Source of the DNA: Aequorivita sp.
GTDB lineage: Bacteria; Bacteroidota; Bacteroidia; Flavobacteriales; Flavobacteriaceae
Length of the DNA: 64,000 nucleotides
Assembly: GCA_024637015.1 (NCBI GenBank)
Contig: JAGXGE010000032.1
Coordinates: 73,531 to 137,530 of the forward strand
Direction: 5' to 3'
In this document: piece by piece, positions 9,249-18,007 of the stretch
Numbering within the stretch: position 1 is the first letter of the stretch
Layout of the letters: each line of letters begins with the position of its first letter
Program-made: the position numbers and the translations under genes
The notes under the pieces: model-generated
Told to the model about the DNA's origin: nothing
Seen by the model: only the letters and a program-made list of their open reading frames with translations
Database searches by the model: none

Positions 9249-10160
9249 CTAAGAAATTGTAAATGAAAAGAGTGGTATTGAACAAATTCCCAAAAACATA
9301 ATTATTTTCAAAAAATTTGACAGAAATGTATATTCCTTTAATGTTTTAGCACTCCAAGCTTTTATGCAAAAATACATCAGTGGAGCAACGATTGCAAATA
9401 AGAAATACAGTAATAAAACTTGATGGTTATATAGGTATTGATACATGTAAAGCACAACTCCCAAAACCATAAATACGCCCATAAAGAAAACAATCATTAT
9501 AGTTCTTTTTCTTCCGAGTGCAATCGCCAGCGTATTCATTCCGCCGTTTTTATCCCCGTTTATGTCTTGTAAATCTTTTACAATTTCGCGAATAAGATTT
9601 ATTAAAAATGCAAACAATGAATAATGTAGCACAATTTTGAAAACCGCTGATTGTGCAGTTTGGTTTTGCTCAGTAATTGCAGGAAGAAGATCAAACAACG
9701 CAACAATTATTAAACTCATTGCCACTAAAAAGGAAATTAAAAGATTACCAATTAATACCATGCCCTTTAAGTAGGAAGCATACAGATAGAGCAATGCAGA
9801 GAAAACTATAAAAAGAGCTGCAAAGCCAGATTTTCCAATACTATTGGAGAGGTAAAAACCTATCGCAACTCCAATTACATTTAAAATTATAAACAATCGA
9901 TTTGCTGTTCTTTCCGATATCTTTTTGCCAATCAGTACTTTGCTAGGCGTATTGATTTTGTCAATCTCCACGTCATAAATATCGTTGATGATATTTCCAG
10001 CGGCGGCAATGCAAAGTGTAGCGATAACAAGTAGTGTAAAGTGAAAAGTATTTAAAGTAGTTTCTACGGTAATTGGGAAGAACAGGCCGTATTTTATAAA
10101 AACCTGCACCAAGGCAATAAAGAGTAGATTTTGGTAGCGGATGAGGTTTAGGTAGTTCAA
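9249..10160 (-). CDS. UbiA-family prenyltransferase
   Basis: 303 aa polytopic membrane protein with the Asp-rich motif NDIYDVEIDKIN and a second D-rich region (KDLQDINGD). Confidence 0.75.
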   Translation of the reverse strand: MNYLNLIRYQNLLFIALVQVFIKYGLFFPITVETTLNTFHFTLLVIATLCIAAAGNIINDIYDVEIDKINTPSKVLIGKKISERTANRLFIILNVIGVAIGFYLSNSIGKSGFAALFIVFSALLYLYASYLKGMVLIGNLLISFLVAMSLIIVALFDLLPAITEQNQTAQSAVFKIVLHYSLFAFLINLIREIVKDLQDINGDKNGGMNTLAIALGRKRTIMIVFFMGVFMVLGVVLYMYQYLYNHQVLLLYFLFAIVAPLMYFCIKAWSAKTLKEYTFLSNFLKIIMFLGICSIPLFSFTIS

Positions 10161-10200
10161 AGTTTTAAGTTTCAGGTTTTCTTTTTACTGAATTCAGAGC

Positions 10201-10734
10201 TTAATCATATTTAGCGCTCACACTGTTGGCTACCATCCATTTACCCTGAACTTTCAACACTTGTTCAATTACATCACGAACACAGCCTTTACCACCTTTT
10301 TTGTGGGAAACGTATTTTGATATAGCCTTAATTTCCTGCACGGCATCTTGAGGGCAGGTGGGAAGTCCAACTTCCTGCATAATTTCATAATCAGGGAGAT
10401 CATCACCCATATACAGAATGTTTTCTCTTTTCAGATGATTGTTTTTTAAGTAATCCTCTAAAATTTTTGTTTTGTGGTGAGCGCCTAAAAAAATGTCTTT
10501 TATTCCTAAATTTTGCAATCGTACACGAACACCTTCGTTTGTTCCTCCAGAAATAACACATACGTGAAAACCTTGTTCAACTGCAGATTTAAGACCGTAG
10601 CCATCCTTTATATTCATTGTCCGGAACATTTCACCTTGTGTATTTACTTGTATTGTGCTGTCCGTGAGTACACCATCCACATCGAAAATGAAAGTGGTTA
10701 TGTGCTTTAGGTATTCTTTATAACTTTTTTCCAT
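10201..10734 (-). CDS. kdsC: KDO 8-phosphate phosphatase (HAD superfamily, KdsC type)
   Basis: 177 aa. HAD motif I FDVDGVLTD, the KDG...K pattern and MGDDLPD motif typical of KdsC. Confidence 0.75.
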   Translation of the reverse strand: MEKSYKEYLKHITTFIFDVDGVLTDSTIQVNTQGEMFRTMNIKDGYGLKSAVEQGFHVCVISGGTNEGVRVRLQNLGIKDIFLGAHHKTKILEDYLKNNHLKRENILYMGDDLPDYEIMQEVGLPTCPQDAVQEIKAISKYVSHKKGGKGCVRDVIEQVLKVQGKWMVANSVSAKYD

Positions 10735-11482
10735 ATTTCTGCTTTAATTCCTCTGTAAACAATTCATAAAACTTTCGGTACGAACTGTCGCCCAACAAAT
10801 GTAAATGTTTTTCAATGGTTTTTATATCGTTGCGTTTTGCAGGACCCGTTTGTGCCTTTTCCGGTGAAAGGGTTTCAATTTTGGATGCGGTTTCTGAAAT
10901 TAGCGGTTTCAGTAAATCGAACGGCAAATCTTCTTCTTTTAAAATTTCGCTGCCAATTTGGTATAAATGGTTGGTGAAATTATTTACAAAAACTGCGGCT
11001 AGGTGTAGTTTTGCTCTTTTTTCAGAAGAAATTTCAACAACGTTTTCTGAAATTGTTTTTCCCACTCTTAGAAGTAATTCTAAATCTTTTGAATTTTCAG
11101 CTTCAATGCAGATTGGAATGTTTTTAAAATCCAACCCACGCTCTTTTGAAAAAGTTTGTATCGGATAAAAAATGCCGCGTCTATTTTTATTTGAAAGTGC
11201 ATCCATTGATACACCGCCAGAGGTATGAACCACTAATTCATTTTGAAAAGAGAGGCTTTCGGAAAAACTAGAAATGGCATCATCAGGAATCCCAATAATG
11301 TAAACATCCGCTTGTTCTAATTTTGAAATATCATCTGTGAATGAAATTTTTTCAAATGGTGAAATAATCTTAATATAATTTCTATTAAAAACTTGCTTTA
11401 CAGTAACTTCTTTTGATTTATGTAGAGTTTTGAACAAATGACTGTTCACGTTTCCGAATCCTAAAAAAACCACATTTATCAT
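10718..11482 (-). CDS. Rossmann-fold / DUF2520-type putative oxidoreductase
   Basis: 254 aa. N-terminal FLGFGNV dinucleotide-binding-like motif. Overlaps kdsC by 17 nt, consistent with an operon. Confidence 0.55.
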   Translation of the reverse strand: MINVVFLGFGNVNSHLFKTLHKSKEVTVKQVFNRNYIKIISPFEKISFTDDISKLEQADVYIIGIPDDAISSFSESLSFQNELVVHTSGGVSMDALSNKNRRGIFYPIQTFSKERGLDFKNIPICIEAENSKDLELLLRVGKTISENVVEISSEKRAKLHLAAVFVNNFTNHLYQIGSEILKEEDLPFDLLKPLISETASKIETLSPEKAQTGPAKRNDIKTIEKHLHLLGDSSYRKFYELFTEELKQKYGKKL

Positions 11483-11510
11483 AGTGCGAAGTTAGCGTTT
11501 ATTAATTTTT

Positions 11511-12098
11511 TCAACGGTACACTTTGCGTTTTATGAGTTTTATTTCGCCGTCCTGTTCCAGTTGCTTTATGGCTCGGATTACTGTTTCCACCCTCAGTCC
11601 AGTCAAATCTGCTATTTGTTGCCGTGTTAGCTCCACTTGAAAAAGTTTTTCAGAGCCGTATTTACTTTTCAAAAAATCTATTAAAGCAAGGATTCTATGT
11701 TCTGGTGGATGTACAGATATTTCCTTTAAAATCGTCGCTTTATAATAAAGCCGTTTTGCAAGTGCCTTGGTAAATTTTAAATTTATTTCGGGATTATTGG
11801 TTAATAATTCGAATAATTTGGATTTTGATAATTTGTAAAGTTCTGTAACTTTTACAGATGAAGCTGAAGCTGGATATTTGAAATCGGCAAAGAGAGGTGG
11901 TTCGCCAAAACTTTCACCATCATAAAAAATACCCTGCACAAATTCTTTTCCGTTCTCGTTGAGATTGAACATTTTCACCTCCCCGGTTTTAATCTGGAAA
12001 TAGAAATCAGCACGTTTTTTTTCTGAAAGGATAACTTCGTTAGCGTCAATTTTTTCAATAGTCGCGCCGTAATCCAATAATAGATTTTCAGGAATCAT
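11511..12098 (-). CDS. Crp/Fnr-family transcriptional regulator
   Basis: 195 aa. N-terminal cNMP-binding-like beta-roll (GESFGEPPLF) and C-terminal HTH (TRQQIADLTGLRVETVIRAIKQLE). Confidence 0.8.
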   Translation of the reverse strand: MIPENLLLDYGATIEKIDANEVILSEKKRADFYFQIKTGEVKMFNLNENGKEFVQGIFYDGESFGEPPLFADFKYPASASSVKVTELYKLSKSKLFELLTNNPEINLKFTKALAKRLYYKATILKEISVHPPEHRILALIDFLKSKYGSEKLFQVELTRQQIADLTGLRVETVIRAIKQLEQDGEIKLIKRKVYR

Positions 12099-12140
12099 GA
12101 GTTTATGATTTGCCTCATAAAATAGGGCCTGTTTTGGATG

Positions 12141-12150
12141 GTAAATTTAC
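12141..12150. promoter_or_regulatory. Perfect 10-bp palindrome GTAAATTTAC in the divergent promoter region (candidate Crp/Fnr-type operator)
   Basis: Lies in the 80-bp gap between the Crp/Fnr gene start (12098) and the ATG at 12179. Flanked as TGGTAAATTTACACCA. Confidence 0.3.
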
Positions 12151-12178
12151 ACCATTAAAAACAAAACACTATTATATT

Positions 12179-12466
12179 ATGAAGTCACTATCAATAAAAT
12201 CACTACAAAAAGAGTTTGAAAACGACTATTATATGTACATTCCGCTGACAATTATTTTGAACAGTTGCATCGGTTCCATTGCAGCAATGACAGTTCTGGC
12301 GCAAGGCACGGGAATTATTTCTGGAATTGAATTGACCATTTGCGTTTCCCTATGTATGGGTTACAATGCCGCTTTGCTTGCAGGTTCAAATAAAAAAATT
12401 GCATTTTGGCTGCTTGCTGTAAGTTTGGTGGCAAACCTGTTGTTGATTTTAATAACTTTGATATAA
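12179..12466 (+). CDS. Small hypothetical membrane protein
   Basis: The track ORF starts at TTG 12110. ATG 12179 gives 95 aa with three hydrophobic segments. Ends 4 nt before the globin gene. Confidence 0.5.
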   Translation: MKSLSIKSLQKEFENDYYMYIPLTIILNSCIGSIAAMTVLAQGTGIISGIELTICVSLCMGYNAALLAGSNKKIAFWLLAVSLVANLLLILITLI

Positions 12467-12470
12467 AAAT

Positions 12471-12857
12471 ATGTCCAAAAAGAATATAGAATCCCGTGAA
12501 GATATTTCTTTACTTGTCAACACTTTCTATACAAAAGTAAGAAAAGACGAACTTCTCGGGCCTATTTTCAATGGAATAATTACCGATTGGGAAACCCATC
12601 TTAAGTTACTTACTGATTTTTGGGAAACAAACCTTTTCTTTGAGCGCAAATACTTTGGAAATCCATTACATACTCATGTTGAAGTAGATAAAAAATGTGG
12701 CAACACTATCAATGAACTTCACTTCGGAACTTGGATCAATCTTTGGCTGGAAACTATCAACGAACTTTTTGAAGGCGAAACGGCGCAAATTGCAATAAAC
12801 CGGGCAAGAAATATGGGAACCTTTATACACTTAAATATTCATAATGCCCGAAAATAA
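12471..12857 (+). CDS. Group III truncated hemoglobin (Ctb-like)
   Basis: 128 aa. FYTKVRKDELLGPIFN and W..HL..L.DFW patterns match the trHb group III family, for example Campylobacter Ctb. Confidence 0.75.
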   Translation: MSKKNIESREDISLLVNTFYTKVRKDELLGPIFNGIITDWETHLKLLTDFWETNLFFERKYFGNPLHTHVEVDKKCGNTINELHFGTWINLWLETINELFEGETAQIAINRARNMGTFIHLNIHNARK

Positions 12858-12915
12858 GGAACGCAAAAGAAATAATAGTTAACAGATTTCCGTAGATTAA
12901 ATGGGAGCTATTTGT

Positions 12916-12923
12916 TATTTTTG
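12916..12923 (+). promoter_or_regulatory. Candidate -7 promoter element TATTTTTG
   Basis: Matches TAnnTTTG, 18 nt upstream of the ATG at 12941. Confidence 0.35.
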
Positions 12924-12940
12924 CGCCAAAATTCCCTGTA

Positions 12941-15900
12941 ATGCAAAAAAAGATTGCCTCCATTCTTTTCTCCACCCGTTTAACTGCTGTTTTATTTATT
13001 GTTTTTGCTGTCGCAATGGCCGCAGGAACCTTTATGGATGCATCAGCCCAAAAGCCTCCAACAGCCTATTCAAGGGAGCTTATTTATAACGCTTGGTGGT
13101 TTGAAGCAATAATGGCGCTGTTTGTTATAAATTTTGCTGGAAATATTTTCCGATACAACCTTCACAAGCGCAAAATGTGGGCTTCGCTGATACTTCATTT
13201 AGCTTTTATCTTTATAATTATTGGTGCTTTTGTAACACGCTATATCGGCTATGAAGGTATTATGCACATACGTGAAGGGCAAACTGAAAGTTCCATTCTT
13301 TCAGACAAAACCTATTTAAACGGTTTTATTGACGGTGATTATATGATTGATGGCGTGGCACAAAGAAGACTTTTAAAGCCAAAGAATTTAAATCTTTCAG
13401 AAAAGCTGGACAATGATTTTACCATTGAAACGGATTACAACCAGCAGCCCGTTACCATAAAATACAAGAATTTTATAAAAGGTGCAAAGGAAGGCTTAAC
13501 CCCAAGTGAAGATGGTGAAGAATATTTAAAAATAGTTGAAGCAGGTGATGGCGAACGTCATGATCATTGGGTAAAAGTGGGCGAGGTCTCAAATATCCAC
13601 AATATTCTTTTCGCAATAAACAACCCCACAGAGGGAGCTATAAACATTACTTATTCAGAGGACGGAAACTATACCGTTTCCAGTCCTTTTGAAGGCGATT
13701 TTATGCGAATGGCAGACCAAATGCAGGGTGTAGTAGTTGCAGATAGTGTGCAGCCTTTTAATTTGCGTTCTCTTTACAGAATGGCGGGTATTTCATTTGT
13801 AGTCCCTGATCCAATAACCAAAGGAAAGTTTGGAGTTGTGAAAGCGGGAGCGGGAGAGCCTTCAAATCAAGATGCCCTTATTTTAGAAGTTTCTTCAAAA
13901 GATGAAACCAAGACCGTGGAGCTTCTCGGGGGAAAAGGAACTGCGCCAGATCCCGAAGAAGTTGAAATTGCAGGATTGAAAGTTTATTTGAGTTACGGTT
14001 CAGAAAAAATTGATATTCCTTTTAGCTTAACCCTTAATGATTTTATAGCCACTAAATATCCAGGTACCGAAAAAGGATATTCCTCTTTCAAAAGTAAAGT
14101 GACCGTTATTGATGCTGATAAAGAACATTTTGATGCAGATATTTTTATGAATCATGTTTTGGACCATAAAGGCTATCGCTTTTTTCAAGCAAGTTTTGAC
14201 CCGGATGAAGGCGGAACCATTCTTTCCGTAAACCATGATCGCTGGGGAACTTGGATCACTTATTTGGGATATTTTCTGTTATATTTTGGTTTAATGGCTA
14301 TTCTTTTCAGCAAACACAGTCGTTTTGGAAAACTGGAGGAAATTTTGAATCGCATTAAGCGAAAGAAAAAAAGTATGATAACAATCTTAGTATTGTTGTT
14401 TTCTCTTTCGGGAATAGCTCAAGTAGCCAAGGAACCCGCCCATACCACAGTTCCAAAAAAACAGATAGATTCAGTAATAAAAGCAAACGCTGTCAGCAAA
14501 GATCATGCAGCAAAGTTTGGTCATTTGATAATTCAGGACAATGGGCGTATGAAGCCTATCAACACTTTTGCGAGCGAACTTTTGCGAAAAATAAGTCGCA
14601 GTGACAATTACGAAGGTTTGGATGCCAATCAGGTTTTTATTTCGATGACTGAATTTCCAAGACTTTGGGTTGAAGTACCTTTGATTGCTTTAAAAAGGGG
14701 TAATGACAGTATCCGGCACGTAGCTGGTATACCAGATGGACAAAAAGATATTGCATTGCTGGATCTTTTTGATGAGAAGGGAAACTATAAACTAGAACCG
14801 TATTTGGAAGCAGCCACGCGGACTACAAATCCAAACCAGTTTCAAAAAGATTTTATAAAAGCCCACGAAAACTTTTCATTGCTAAATGCCGCTTTAAGCG
14901 GAAGTATTCTGAAAATATTCCCAATTCCCGATGATGAGGGCAATAAATGGGTTTCGTATCCTGAGCTTGGAGAGGCAGGTTTAAAGGGAATGGATTCCTT
15001 GTATGCTAAAAATATTCTTCCGCTTTATTTTGACAGTTTGAAAAAAGCTCGAGAAAGTGGTGATTATAAGCAGGCCGATGAACTTTTGGAAAGCATCACA
15101 AATTTTCAAAAAAAGTATGGAGCAGAAGTAATGCCATCTGAAAATAAGCTGCGTGCCGAAACCATTTACAACCAAGCGGATATATTCAATAGGTTGTATA
15201 AATATTTTGCACTCTTTGGCATTTTGATGTTCGTATTCATTATTGCACAACTTTTCAAAGACCGAAAAATATTACGAACACTTATAAAAGCATCGAAAAT
15301 CATCATGTGGGTTTTCTTCGCACTCATGACTTTAGGCCTTGCGCTGCGTTGGTACGTTAGTGGTCATGCACCGTGGAGTGATGCCTATGAATCTGTTATT
15401 TATGTTGCTTGGGCAACAGTTTTCTTTGGTTTGGCCTTTGGTAGAAGAAGCGATTTAACAGTTGCTTCTACGGCTTTTGTAGGCGCAATTATTCTATGGG
15501 TAGCACACGAAAACTGGCTCGATCCTTCTATTGCAAATCTTCAGCCTGTTTTGGATAGCTATTGGTTGATGATACACGTTGCTGTGATTGTGGCGAGTTA
15601 TGGCCCCTTCACACTGGGAATGATTCTCGCCGCAACTTCTTTGTTTTTGATGATTTTCACTACTAAAGGGAATTACAAAAACATGGAAATCAATATTAGC
15701 GAATTAACTGTCGTAACAGAAATGGCGCTGACTGTAGGATTAGTAATGCTTACTATTGGAAACTTCTTGGGCGGACAATGGGCAAATGACAGCTGGGGCC
15801 GTTATTGGGGTTGGGATCCCAAAGAAACTTGGGCGCTTATCAGCATTATGGTTTACGCTTTTGTAATCCACGCCAGATTGGTTCCCGGATTGCGCGGTCG

Positions 15901-16123
15901 TTGGATTTTTAATGTTTTTGCACTTTTCGCGTATGCTTCCATTATGATGACCTACTTTGGAGTTAACTTTTACTTAAGTGGTCTTCATTCTTACGCTAGT
16001 GGTGATGCACCCGCTACCCCAACTTTTGTTCGGTATATAGCCATCTTTGCTGTTATTCTTAGTACAGTGGCGTATTTTAGGTATAAGAAGTATTATGGGA
16101 AGAAAAAGAAATCAAAAGCATAA
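12941..16123 (+). CDS. ccsBA: Fused ResB/CcsB-CcsA cytochrome c biogenesis protein (System II, CcsBA)
   Basis: 1060 aa. N-terminal ResB-like region and C-terminal polytopic CcsA with the Trp-rich heme-handling motif WGRYWGWDPKETW. Confidence 0.85.
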   Translation: MQKKIASILFSTRLTAVLFIVFAVAMAAGTFMDASAQKPPTAYSRELIYNAWWFEAIMALFVINFAGNIFRYNLHKRKMWASLILHLAFIFIIIGAFVTRYIGYEGIMHIREGQTESSILSDKTYLNGFIDGDYMIDGVAQRRLLKPKNLNLSEKLDNDFTIETDYNQQPVTIKYKNFIKGAKEGLTPSEDGEEYLKIVEAGDGERHDHWVKVGEVSNIHNILFAINNPTEGAINITYSEDGNYTVSSPFEGDFMRMADQMQGVVVADSVQPFNLRSLYRMAGISFVVPDPITKGKFGVVKAGAGEPSNQDALILEVSSKDETKTVELLGGKGTAPDPEEVEIAGLKVYLSYGSEKIDIPFSLTLNDFIATKYPGTEKGYSSFKSKVTVIDADKEHFDADIFMNHVLDHKGYRFFQASFDPDEGGTILSVNHDRWGTWITYLGYFLLYFGLMAILFSKHSRFGKLEEILNRIKRKKKSMITILVLLFSLSGIAQVAKEPAHTTVPKKQIDSVIKANAVSKDHAAKFGHLIIQDNGRMKPINTFASELLRKISRSDNYEGLDANQVFISMTEFPRLWVEVPLIALKRGNDSIRHVAGIPDGQKDIALLDLFDEKGNYKLEPYLEAATRTTNPNQFQKDFIKAHENFSLLNAALSGSILKIFPIPDDEGNKWVSYPELGEAGLKGMDSLYAKNILPLYFDSLKKARESGDYKQADELLESITNFQKKYGAEVMPSENKLRAETIYNQADIFNRLYKYFALFGILMFVFIIAQLFKDRKILRTLIKASKIIMWVFFALMTLGLALRWYVSGHAPWSDAYESVIYVAWATVFFGLAFGRRSDLTVASTAFVGAIILWVAHENWLDPSIANLQPVLDSYWLMIHVAVIVASYGPFTLGMILAATSLFLMIFTTKGNYKNMEINISELTVVTEMALTVGLVMLTIGNFLGGQWANDSWGRYWGWDPKETWALISIMVYAFVIHARLVPGLRGRWIFNVFALFAYASIMMTYFGVNFYLSGLHSYASGDAPATPTFVRYIAIFAVILSTVAYFRYKKYYGKKKKSKA

Positions 16124-16131
16124 AATTAAAA

Positions 16132-16171
16132 ACCACTAATTAACAAATAGATTTGTTTGTTAATTAGTGGT
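16132..16171. terminator. 16-bp perfect-stem hairpin between convergent ccsBA and fumC
   Basis: accactaattaacaaa (16132-16147) pairs with tttgttaattagtggt (16156-16171). The T-run is on the minus-strand side. Confidence 0.65.
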
Positions 16172-16191
16172 CAAAAAAATTCTAAAATCGA

Positions 16192-17577
16192 TTAAACCAT
16201 ATCTTCTGGTTTTACCCATTTATCAAATTCTTCTGCAGTTAAATAACCAAGATTTACCGCTTCTTCTTTTAGTGTAGTTCCGTTTTTGTGTGCAGTATTT
16301 GCAATTTCTGCAGCTTTATAATAGCCAATTTTTGGATTTAAAGCCGTTACGAGCATTAAACTGTTGTTCAGTTGCTTTTTGATTACTTCATAATTCGGCT
16401 CAATTCCCTGTGCGCAATGCACGTCAAAAGAAACACAAGCATCACCAATTAATTGTGCGGATTGAAGGAAATTGGCAGCCATAACAGGTTTAAAAACGTT
16501 TAGTTCAAACTGTCCCTGCATTCCGCCAACGGCAATCGCCATATCGTTTCCGATAACTTGTGCGCAAACCATGGTTAGTGCTTCACACTGCGTTGGGTTC
16601 ACTTTTCCAGGCATAATTGATGAACCAGGCTCGTTTGCGGGAATGTTGATTTCACCAATTCCACTTCGTGGGCCGCTGGAAAGCATGCGGACATCATTTG
16701 CTATTTTATTCAAAGAAACGGCTAATTGTTTCAAAGCACCGTGACTTTCAACTAAAGCATCATGAGCTGCAAGGGCCTCGAACTTATTTTTTGCGGTTAC
16801 AAATGGCAATTCGGTAAACTTTGCAATGTATTCAGCAACTTTTACGTCATAGCCTTTTGGAGTATTCAAACCAGTTCCCACGGCGGTTCCGCCCAAAGCA
16901 AGCTCCGCCAAATGCGGAAGTGTATTTTTCAAAGCTTTAATTCCGTGCTCAAGCTGCGCAGCATAACCGCTAAATTCTTGCCCAAGGGTTAGAGGGGTGG
17001 CGTCCATAAAATGGGTGCGGCCAATTTTCACTACATTTTTAAATTCCTCAGCTTTTTTTGAAAGTGTTTTTTGAAGTTGTTCAACGCCTGGAAGCGTGGT
17101 TTCAATCAATTTTTTATAAGCGGCGATGTGCATTCCCGTTGGGAATGTATCGTTGGAGGATTGCGATTTGTTTACATCATCATTTGGTTGAAGTGTTTTA
17201 TCACCCTCGCCAATAGTTTTTCCAGCAACTTGATGGGCGCGGTTTGCAATCACTTCATTCACGTTCATATTGCTTTGGGTGCCGCTTCCAGTTTGCCAAA
17301 TTACCAATGGAAATTGATTGTCGTGTTTTCCGTCCAAAATTTCATCGCAAACCTTCGAAATCAAATCTCTTTTTTCTTCGGAAAGTACACCGAGCTCACA
17401 GTTTGTATAGGCTGCTGCTTTTTTTAAATATGCAAAACCATAAATTATTTCCAAAGGCATGGAGGCTTTTGGACCTATTTTAAAATTTTCAAAAGAACGC
17501 TCCGTTTGTGCGCCCCAAAGTTTATCGGCAGGTACTTTTACCTCACCCATGGTGTCTTTTTCTATTCTATATTGCAT
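16192..17577 (-). CDS. fumC: Class II fumarate hydratase
   Basis: 461 aa with the signature [11 protein letters not shown] and full-length fumarase/aspartase family similarity. Confidence 0.95.
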   Translation of the reverse strand: MQYRIEKDTMGEVKVPADKLWGAQTERSFENFKIGPKASMPLEIIYGFAYLKKAAAYTNCELGVLSEEKRDLISKVCDEILDGKHDNQFPLVIWQTGSGTQSNMNVNEVIANRAHQVAGKTIGEGDKTLQPNDDVNKSQSSNDTFPTGMHIAAYKKLIETTLPGVEQLQKTLSKKAEEFKNVVKIGRTHFMDATPLTLGQEFSGYAAQLEHGIKALKNTLPHLAELALGGTAVGTGLNTPKGYDVKVAEYIAKFTELPFVTAKNKFEALAAHDALVESHGALKQLAVSLNKIANDVRMLSSGPRSGIGEINIPANEPGSSIMPGKVNPTQCEALTMVCAQVIGNDMAIAVGGMQGQFELNVFKPVMAANFLQSAQLIGDACVSFDVHCAQGIEPNYEVIKKQLNNSLMLVTALNPKIGYYKAAEIANTAHKNGTTLKEEAVNLGYLTAEEFDKWVKPEDMV

Positions 17578-17631
17578 TGTGAAATGTTTTTTTGAATTAA
17601 TTAAACTCCTTAAAGCTTTGGAGTTCTAATG

Positions 17632-17639
17632 CAAAGGTA
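17632..17639 (-). promoter_or_regulatory. Candidate -7 promoter element TACCTTTG for fumC
   Basis: Plus strand caaaggta. Lies 55 nt upstream of the fumC ATG. Confidence 0.4.
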
Positions 17640-17730
17640 GCGAAAAGCCAAAAGTTGTTCAACCCGCACGAGTGTTTATTTGTTGTGAATAAATCGAAAA
17701 GTTTTGTTGTCGTTTCTCAAAAAAACCTTT

Positions 17731-17738
17731 TATCTTTG
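17731..17738 (+). promoter_or_regulatory. Candidate -7 promoter element TATCTTTG
   Basis: Matches TAnnTTTG, 27 nt upstream of the ATG at 17765. Confidence 0.4.
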
Positions 17739-17764
17739 AACCATCAATTTAAAAACGCCACATC

Positions 17765-17938
17765 ATGTTTACTTTTGAGCAATATTTAGGATTTCTTGCA
17801 TTTTTAATGATTCTTACTTTAGGGTTTTGGTTAATGATTTTCTTGGTGAGTATTCTTCCTTATTGGATTGGCGGTTCGCTTTACGAAAAATGGAAAATGA
17901 GTCGTGAGGAAAAGAAAAAGAATGAATTGAAATCGTAA
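17765..17938 (+). CDS. 57-aa two-helix membrane protein with a basic tail
   Basis: Encodes MFTFEQYLGFLAFLMILTLGFWLMIFLVSILPYWIGGSLYEKWKMSREEKKKNELKS. Has its own promoter motif upstream and a terminator downstream. Below the ORF-track cutoff. Confidence 0.55.
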   Translation: MFTFEQYLGFLAFLMILTLGFWLMIFLVSILPYWIGGSLYEKWKMSREEKKKNELKS

Positions 17939-17960
17939 TTTCAAACTAAAAGATATTTAA

Positions 17961-17990
17961 AAAGGGAACCAAATTGGTTCCCTTTTTTTG
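17961..17990. terminator. Hairpin terminator (aaagggaacc / ggttcccttt + T-run)
   Basis: 10-bp stem at 17961-17970 / 17976-17985, followed by TTTTT. Lies between the small ORF (+) and the TonB receptor stop (-). Confidence 0.7.
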
Positions 17991-18007
17991 TTGAATGAGT
18001 TAAAAGT

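Noticed and set aside
12110-12178. N-terminal extensions from non-ATG track starts (12110, 1446, 20515, 21502, 26229, 33747, 40696, 46235, 53065, 53844)
   Set aside because: Downstream ATG codons give canonical signal peptides or lipoboxes, or avoid overlap with the upstream gene. The extensions start at TTG/GTG or lie inside neighbouring genes.
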